Source: the human T2T-CHM13v2.0 reference genome, Homo sapiens
Assembly: GCF_009914755.1 (NCBI RefSeq)
Contig: NC_060931.1
DNA: 64,000 nt
Direction: 5' to 3' (one strand)
Shown here: positions 56,002 through 64,000 of the stretch, piece after piece
How positions within the stretch are numbered: position 1 is the first letter of the stretch
How the letters are laid out: every line of letters starts with the position of its first letter
Notes under the pieces: model-generated
What the model was told of the DNA's origin: nothing
Seen by the model: only the letters and a program-made list of their open reading frames with translations
The model's database searches: none
Program-made: the position numbers and the translations under genes

Positions 56002-58380
56002 TGATTTATTTTGGATGTTTGTCCCCTCCAAAACTCATGTTTAAATGTAATCTCTAATGTTAGAGATGGAGCCTGTTAGGAGGTGATTCGGTCATGGGGC
56101 TGGATCCCTTACGAATGGCTTAGTGCTGTCTTAATGACAGTGAGTGAGTTCTGTCTTTGAGTTTATGTGAGATCTGGTCACTTGCAAGTGTGTGGCACCT
56201 CCCCCCTTGCTCTCTTACTCCTGCTCTCACCATATGATGTGCCTGATCCTGCTTTGCTTTCCACTGTGAGTAAAAGCTCTCTGAGGCCTCCCCAGAAGCA
56301 GAGCAGAGCAGATGTTGGCACCATACTTGTACAGCCTGTAGAATGGTCAGCCAATTAAACCTCTTTATAAATTACCCAGTCTCAGGTATTTCTTTATAAT
56401 AATTAAAGAAAATTGGTAGTGAAGAGTGGGACATTGCTATAAAGGTACTCGAAAATGAGAAAACAGCTTTGGAACTGGATAATGGGCAGAGGTTGGAAGA
56501 GTTTGGAGGGCTCAGAAGAAGACAGGAAGATGATGGAAAGTTTAGAATTTCTTAGAGACTGGTTAAATGGTTATGACCAAAATGCTGATAGAGATGTGGA
56601 TAGTGAAAGCCAGGCTGATGAGGTTTCAGATGGAAGTGTAAACTTTATAGGGAACTAGAGCAAAGGTCACTCTTGTTATACCCTAACAAAGAACTTAACT
56701 GAATTGTGTCCATGTTCTAGGGATCTGTGGAAGTTTGAAGTTAAGAGTGATGACTTAGGGTACCTGGCGGAAGAAACTTCTAAGCAGCAAAGCTTAGATG
56801 TGGCCTGGTTGCTTCTAACAGCCTATGATTCAATGCAAGAGCAAAGAAATTACTTAAAGTTGGAACTTATATTTAAAAGGGAAGCACAGCTGAAAGTTTA
56901 GAATATCTGCAGCCTAGCCGTGCAGTAGAAAAGAAAAGCTAATTTTCAAGGGAAGAATTCAAGCATGCTGCAGAGCAACCAATTGCTAGAGAGATTTGCA
57001 TGACTAAAAGGGAGCCAAATGCTAATATCTAAGACAAGGGGGAAAAGGCCTTAAAGGCACTTCAGAGATCTTTGAGGCAGCCCCCTCCCATCATAGGCCC
57101 AGAGACCTAGGAGGAAAGAATGGTTTCAGGAACCAGGCCCAAGGTCCTGCTGCCCTGAACAGCCTCAAGACACTGCTCCCCATATCTAGGCTTCTCTAGC
57201 TCCAGCCTTAGCTCAAAGGGACCCATATATAGCTTGGGCTGCCCTTCTGGAAGGTGTAAGCCACAAGACTTGGTGGTTTCCACATGGTCTTAAACCTGCA
57301 GGTGTACCGAATGAAAGCATAAAGGAAGCTTAGCAGCTTCCCCCTAGATTTCAAACAATGTTATGAGAATGCTTGGATGCCCAGGTAGAAGCTTGCCACA
57401 GAAATGTATCTCCAGAGAGAAGCTCTACTAGGGCAATACCAAGGGGAAATGCAGTGTTGGAGCCCCCACAAATTGACCCCACTGGGCCACTGCCTAGTGA
57501 AGCTGTGAAAATGGGCCTGCCTCCCTCCAGACACCAGAATAGTAGACCCACCAGCAGTTTGCAGATTGTGCCTAGAGTCCTTGGGTGCTCACCCCTTGTA
57601 CCAGTGTGTCCTGAATGCACGTTATAAAGTCAAAGGTGATTATTTGGGAGCTTTAAGATTTAATGATCACTCTGTTGGATTTCAGGCTTGTGTGTGGTCT
57701 GTTGCCTCTTTCTTTGGACCAATGTCTCCCTTTTAAGATGGGAATATATACCCAGTGTCTATATTCCCATTATATCTTAGAAGTAAATAACAGGCTCATA
57801 GGTGAAAGGAATTCATCCTCAGATGAGGCTTGGGACTTTGAACTTTCAATTGTGTTGATGCTAGAACTAGTTAGAACTTTGGGAAACTATTGAAAATGGA
57901 TGATTATATTTTGCAATGTGAGAAGGACATGTGTCTTGGGGAGCCAGGGGTGAAATAATGTCATTTGGATGTTTGTTCCCTCCAAATCTCATATTTAACT
58001 GTAATCTGCAACGTTAGAGGGGAGACCTGGTATGAGGTGTTTGAGTCATGGGATTGGATCCCTCATGAATGGCTTAGTGCTGTCCTCCTGACAGTGAGTG
58101 AGTTCTCTCTCTGAGTTCACATGAGATCTGATTATTTAAGAGTGTGTGACATCTCTCCCCTTACTTTTTTGCTCTAATTCTCACCAAGTGACATACCTGC
58201 TCCCACTTTGTCTTCTGCCATGAATAAAAGGTCCCTGAGGCCTCCCCAGAAGTGGAACAGAGGCTGTTGCCATGCCTGTACAACCTGCAGAACAATGAGC
58301 CAGTTAAATTTATTTTCTTTATAAATTACCCAGCCTTAGATATTTCTTAAGGTATAGTAACACAAAAATGTTTTAATATG
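56002..58380 (+). mobile_element. MSTB-like MaLR provirus: 5' LTR about 56002-56408, internal, 3' LTR 57956-58380
   Basis: Paired LTRs (ttggatgtttgt.ccctccaaa...ggatccct..gaatggcttagtgctgtc) with MaLR internal sequence. TSD aatgc/gatgc. Confidence 0.88.
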
Positions 58381-58532
58381 GATGCATAGGCTGGAGATGG
58401 CTTCAAACATAAGCCATATTTGAAACCACTATTCTAGCCCCATGACATCAGTGCAGAAAGACTTTTAATGTGTGTAAAATTATAATTGCATATATCCATT
58501 GGTTTATGATATGGCTAAAAAAATATTTATGT

Positions 58533-58584
58533 ACACACACATACACACACACACAGACACACACACACACACATATATATATAT
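58533..58584. repeat. Imperfect (CA)n(TA)n microsatellite
   Basis: Directly visible. Confidence 0.9.
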
Positions 58585-58726
58585 CCATCCCTAGATCATT
58601 CACATATATTTCAGTTAGTCTCAAATATTCCCTTTGCCCTCTAGGATTAAAAAGAAAAAAGCCACTTCTTTAACAGACAGATCTGGTTGTGGAAGATGAA
58701 GAACACTCACTACAAAACATTACCAA

Positions 58727-59199
58727 GTAAACTAGCTTCCAGGAGCTGCCATAACACATCTCCAGAAAGTGATTGACTTAAGAAAGAAAAAAATGTATTC
58801 TCTCACAGATCTGGAGGCTAAAAGTTCAAGATCAAGGTGTTGGCAGGTCCATGCACCATTGGAAGTTTCTTCAGGGTGCAGTATCTTTCTGGAAAAAGAT
58901 ATTCCCTTATTTCTTCCTAGCTTCTGGTGATTGCAGTCAGTTTTCACATTTCTTGGCTTGCAGCTGTATCACTCCAACTTCTGCCTTGATTGGCACATGG
59001 ATTTTCTTGATGTGTCCATGTATTCACATAGCCTTCTTATAAGGATACTGGTCATCGCATGTAGAGGCCACCGTAATTCTGTATAATCTCATTTTAATTT
59101 AACTTATTACATGTACAAAGACCCTGTTTCCCAATAAACTGACATTCTGAGGTTCTGAGTGGACATGAATTTTTCAGGGACACTATTCAATCCAGGATA
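58727..59199 (-). mobile_element. MLT1B/C-like LTR
   Basis: gctgccataaca...tattctctcacagatctggaggctaaaagttcaagatcaaggtgttggcagg...ggacatgaatttttcagggacactattcaatcc. Confidence 0.85.
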
Positions 59200-59800
59200 C
59201 CAAGGAATAGATGAAAATTTTGGCCAAAAATTTCAGGAAGTTATAAAATTGAATAAATATATTACTTCCAAGAGCATCAAGCAAAGATACAAAAAATTGG
59301 GGAAGAGATGACAAGAAAACAGGAGATAAATATAAATTGAAAGAGATCAGGGAAGATGTGACATTAAAATTAAAACATAACAGAAATTTAGGCAAAATTA
59401 GGATGATTCTGACAGAAATAAATAGGAAGTTCTGAAAAGTGGAACATAATATTTACAGGTATATAAATAAATAGAGTCTTAAAATACAAGTCTATTTCTA
59501 TATTTAGGTAGACAAATTTGATTTTAGAGAAAAAAAAATTGGCTAGAATGGACAGCATGGAAATATATCCTACCTACTAAAGTTATCAGTAGAGAAACTA
59601 TCATTTGTGCTTCTAGACAGAAGACTAAATAACTCGCAAGGAGAACGTTTTTTAATAGTCTCAGATACTTTCACAATGTCCAAAGACAGTGGAGAAATTT
59701 CCACAAATTCCTGACTGAAACAAGGTATGAGCCAAGAATTTGCACACAGGCAACATGGAAGAGTTTTAAATATGTAACAGTGTTGGGAAGACAAAACATT
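59200..59800 (+). mobile_element. Decayed L1ME/HAL1-type ORF1 fragment
   Basis: gtctcagatactttcacaatgtccaaagacagtggagaaa...gccaagaattt in A-rich sense sequence. Confidence 0.45.
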
Positions 59801-60079
59801 TCCATTTGATCCTCAACTAATAATTAGGCACTAACTCATTTTTATCTGTTTTCCAACCATTTTCTAGCCATTTTCACATCTAGAAAATATTGAGAGTATA
59901 TTACCAATAAGTAACACTTTATCTATCACCCAAGAGACAATAGATGGATGTGGAATTAAATGTTCACTGAAATGATTCCATTCGTTGCTTGATTTGCCCA
60001 GGCAAACATGATTATACCCGCTGTGAAAACAACTATAATTTAGTGTATATCTACAATAGCTATTTGTTTACATACTTAT

Positions 60080-60205
60080 GCTTCCTTCCTACTTTATTAG
60101 AACCTTCTTGAGAGCAGGGACTATATTACAGTAGTTGTTTTTCCTTTATCATGGACAGTATACATCTATATATAATAGACCTTTATGAATATTTTTTGAG
60201 TTCAA
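60080..60205 (+). mobile_element. L2 3' end
   Basis: ttagaaccttcttgagagcagggactat...aatattttttgagt. Confidence 0.6.
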
Positions 60206-63200
60206 TTATTTTTACCAATAGGCAAAGATATTTGCTGCAAGAAGAAACATTTGCTATTTCACTCGAAACAGATTTAAAATAATTTGACATAAGGAAAATA
60301 GAAAGGAGAAGTAAAGTACTCAATTTTGGCCTAGGCAAACTGCCCAATTCTAATTAGGCCATGGCCATGTGGGCCTCCCCTTATTTGCATATTTTCTTTA
60401 AAGCCCTGGAGGTAACAGAACAGTGATCATGGCAGCCAAGCAAACCATATGGGAACCAGTAGACCACAACTTAATTAGCACTGCAAATTTATGCCAATAG
60501 TGTCAGCTTCTATTTTTATATTACTTCATCTTCAGAATCTTTAAGTTTCAGTTAAATTTATCTTTTTGCCTTTGCATTTATCTTTCCTTAAAATATGTGT
60601 TAAATAAAATTACAATGATATTTATCAAACAAATGTATTTAAAGTAGAAGCTTAATTTATTATCTATTTAAAGCTTACTTACAAAAAAGCTATCTGGCTG
60701 GATAACAATAATGATAATAATTATCTCTAAATCTATTTACTTCACAAGATGCATACCTAAAACAAAATGATCCAACATGGTAAATATTTCAGAAAGAAGA
60801 ATGTATATAATGAATGACAACAAATATTAAATGCAGATATGCTTCCGGTAAGGAGGGAACTTGGTGATCTTGAGCTTTGAACTGGGAAACCAAAGAATGT
60901 ATTTTTGTATAGAGCCTTAAAATAGATAATAACAAAGAAAATTTTTTAAATCTCGCCTTCTAAAACTTACTTTATCATTAATATATTTTAAACTTTATTT
61001 ACTATCAAAATTTAATTTCATATTTAAACAAACCACAGGGGCTTATTGAAACAAGGCATCTGTAATATAATCTTATAATAAATATCAAAATCAAAATGTT
61101 AAATAAAGCCTTGACTCTTTAATTTTTATACCATAGTGCATCAACTTTACAGCATTTTAGGGAGATTTAATATATCTTGTTGAATAATTTTACCATTTAC
61201 TTGACAGATAGGTGATTGATTCAGTGGTAGATTTAGGAGCAAAATTGTAGTCAACTGAGTCTCAGTTCAGTGCTCTCTTCCTAGACTAGAAGGCAAGTGA
61301 AATGTCAAAGAACTAGATTCCTTTTACTTCATGTCATTATTTACATCTACATTTCATTAGATAAAAACACCAGAATAAAGCACTGAGACAAAATTCCTAA
61401 AACTTATTTAAAATCCGTATTAATAAACATTACCTTAACATGTCCATAGGTGACAATTTAATTTATACAAGAAAAGAAAAGTAATCATAAATACTTTCAT
61501 TTTTCCTAACTTTACTACTATGTTGTAATGAAAAAAAAAAAATTTGGCACTCCACAGAGAGCAGATAAATTCAATCAGTTGTTAATAGTTTGGAATTTGT
61601 AGTCTTCTACTTAAGTTAAAAAATATAAATGAAATGATAAGGTTTTGTCTTTGCTTTTTTTTCCCCTCAATTCTTTGTTGTACCATCTGGCCTGAAATGC
61701 TCACAAACACTGCTGTCTGGACAGAGATATGACTAATTATGCAGACACAAAATCCCAAACATTAACAGTCTTCAATAATTTATTGTTACTACCCGAGTCT
61801 GCCATTGTTATCTTTTACTTTTTATGAGCTACTTATCTCATTAATCATCTTGACTGTTCTAAACCTAGTTTTAAATATTTTATGCATTTTTATATAAAGA
61901 CTTTTAAAAAGGTATTATAAATGGTCTTCAGGAAAAAAACACAAAAAATGCCATAAAATTAGTGAACATGGTAAAAAGAAACTGGACATTGGTAGCACTG
62001 AAACAATGCTGTTAGATTTATATAATAAATTTTGTTATTACAAAATAAATTATTTTAAACAAATTGGTAAGGATAGAATTGATTTAATATCACAAAATTC
62101 TTTTCTCCTTTGTTTTTACTTAGCGTATCTTTAAAATCCCCCCATGACATCATAATAATGACTATGAATACCTAATAAGCAAGCAATTTGTATTATAATA
62201 GAATGTTAGAATTCATCAACTTTGATGTTTTGAAATGAAATAATATTAAATGAAATGCAAATTAAGCTATTGCAATATCTGCAGAAAATAGTCATTCAGT
62301 TTTAAATTTAGGGCCTCTGGAACCTAAGTATATAAAACTCTGGACTTGTCCATTTCAAATCAATTTTTTAAAAATTATATAACAGCATGCTGTGGTTTCT
62401 ATTGATCAGGTACTACTAGAGTTCACCACATGTTTATTCTGTGTCTTAATTTCACTTTTGACACTTCATTCTTCAACTCACAAATCTCTGGAGTGAATGA
62501 TACCAGCAACAGCTTCCTTTGCTCAAAGAAGAAACCTTTGCAAATGGGCCCCAATGGCCCATACAATATTTTCTCACAGACAATGAAAAGCATTAAAGAG
62601 AATCAGAATGACAAATTTTGTTCCCAACAGATCCCTAGGTACTTAGACAGAAGTTTTGATGACCAAATAACAAACATAAAGTCCACAATTGCTTCAACAA
62701 GCGGGCCCTAGTGGGTAATGTACTTCTAAATATAAACTGATAGCGTGATATAGAATGAGTATTTTGAATTATATTTTGTACTCTTCTTTCATTTATTTGA
62801 CTTAACTGCTTTGGTATCACTTTTTTAAAAATCAAATAGGGCACATTATCAATGGAGAGTTTACTAGAAGTGAGTAGGAAAGGCAAAATTAATAGATTTT
62901 CAGTTTACACACATAAAACACAATTAATGTAAACCTGTTAAAGGTGGCACTAATGTAGCAGTTTATCATTTCTAAAGTTCAAAATAAGCTATTTGAAATC
63001 TAGAAAATAAGAAAACAGCTGTCATATTTTGTAAAGCAATATGCAATTTCAAAAAAAATAGATGTGCTTCTCAGCAGTGACTAACAGGGAATTAACTTGA
63101 AAATTAAAATCTTTTCATTAAGAAATCGATTTATTTTCTGGCCACTCTCTTGCAGATGTGGGATGAATTGTTTAACACAGATAATAAGTTAAATTAGCAA

Positions 63201-63641
63201 ACTGGCTTTGATGGTTATTTTAAAAAAGATTATTTAGCTTCACCCTCTAGTCAATCTAGAAATTAGATTTGTTACTCAAGAAGGAATTTGTTCTTTGATT
63301 GGGAGAGACATTACCCAACCCTTTTCTTACTTTGCATTCTGTCTGTGGAACAGCATGCTCATTTTTAAGTTTTCTATTACCTCTGGATGCTGATAGCACT
63401 CAGTTCTACATCCCCCCACCTCTTTCCTCCAGGGCTCATCACATGGGCTATGATGGTAAATAAAATCAATAATTGATTTTAATTTAATTGTTTAATAAAT
63501 ATAAAATTAATAAATGCTTGCTGTTCATGATTATATTCACCAACATCTACTAGAACAAAATATATAATAAATGAATGAATGAATGAATATAAGAAGGGGG
63601 AATGGACACTGGTAAATATAAGTAAAAATTATCTCAATACA

Positions 63642-63771
63642 AATGGCTCATGCCTGTTATAACATTTTGGGAGGCTGAAGCAGCAGGATCACTAGAGTCC
63701 AGGAGTTCGAGAGCAGCCTGAGAAACATAGTGAGACCCTGTCTCCAACAAAAATTAATTAATTAATTAAAA
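63642..63771 (+). mobile_element. FLAM_C-like Alu monomer
   Basis: Single arm ggaggctgaagcagcaggatcactagagtccaggagttcgag...catagtgagaccctgtctc with an A-rich tail. Confidence 0.85.
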
Positions 63772-64000
63772 GTATACAAAAAATTTTTAAATTTAAATTT
63801 GTTACTGCCAGGGATTTAGGGGACCAAGTCATCTTAATTCAATCAGAGATTAAAAAGACTGTACCTGAGCTTCTCTCTCACTGATGGATAGTTTACTTCT
63901 TGTTACTATTATTTCTGAGGTGTAATCCCTTGGTTTCTCAATTCAAAACTCAAAATCACAAGGCCCTTCCTTCGAGGAAGTATTTGCATTTGACATTTTT

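Overview
AT-rich, CpG-poor primate (human-like) non-coding DNA, either a gene desert or a large intron. I cannot identify the locus. No protein-coding gene, RNA gene or CpG island is supportable. The listed ORFs are chance ORFs or decayed repeat translations. About half the window is transposon-derived. DNA transposons: a near-full-length Tigger1 (443-2789) and an HSMAR2 mariner (51256-52390). LINEs and SINEs: several L1 strata (L1ME to L1PA3), nine Alus plus a FLAM, and MIR/L2 remnants. LTR elements: ERV1 and LTR16 solo LTRs and a dense MaLR set, comprising three two-LTR proviruses (THE1D, MSTA, MSTB), one truncated and rearranged THE1, two THE1 solo LTRs and MLT1 pieces. Subfamily names come from recalled consensus diagnostics, not from a search. 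I found no convincing new biological system. The most notable unexplained structures are an 86-bp dispersed direct repeat in unique DNA (39576/41772), two apparent templated insertions inside retroelements (44711, 52805), an HSMAR2-THE1 fusion junction, a non-canonical L1 inversion and variants shared by two adjacent MaLR proviruses. There are also a few candidate enhancer motifs and non-coding exons.
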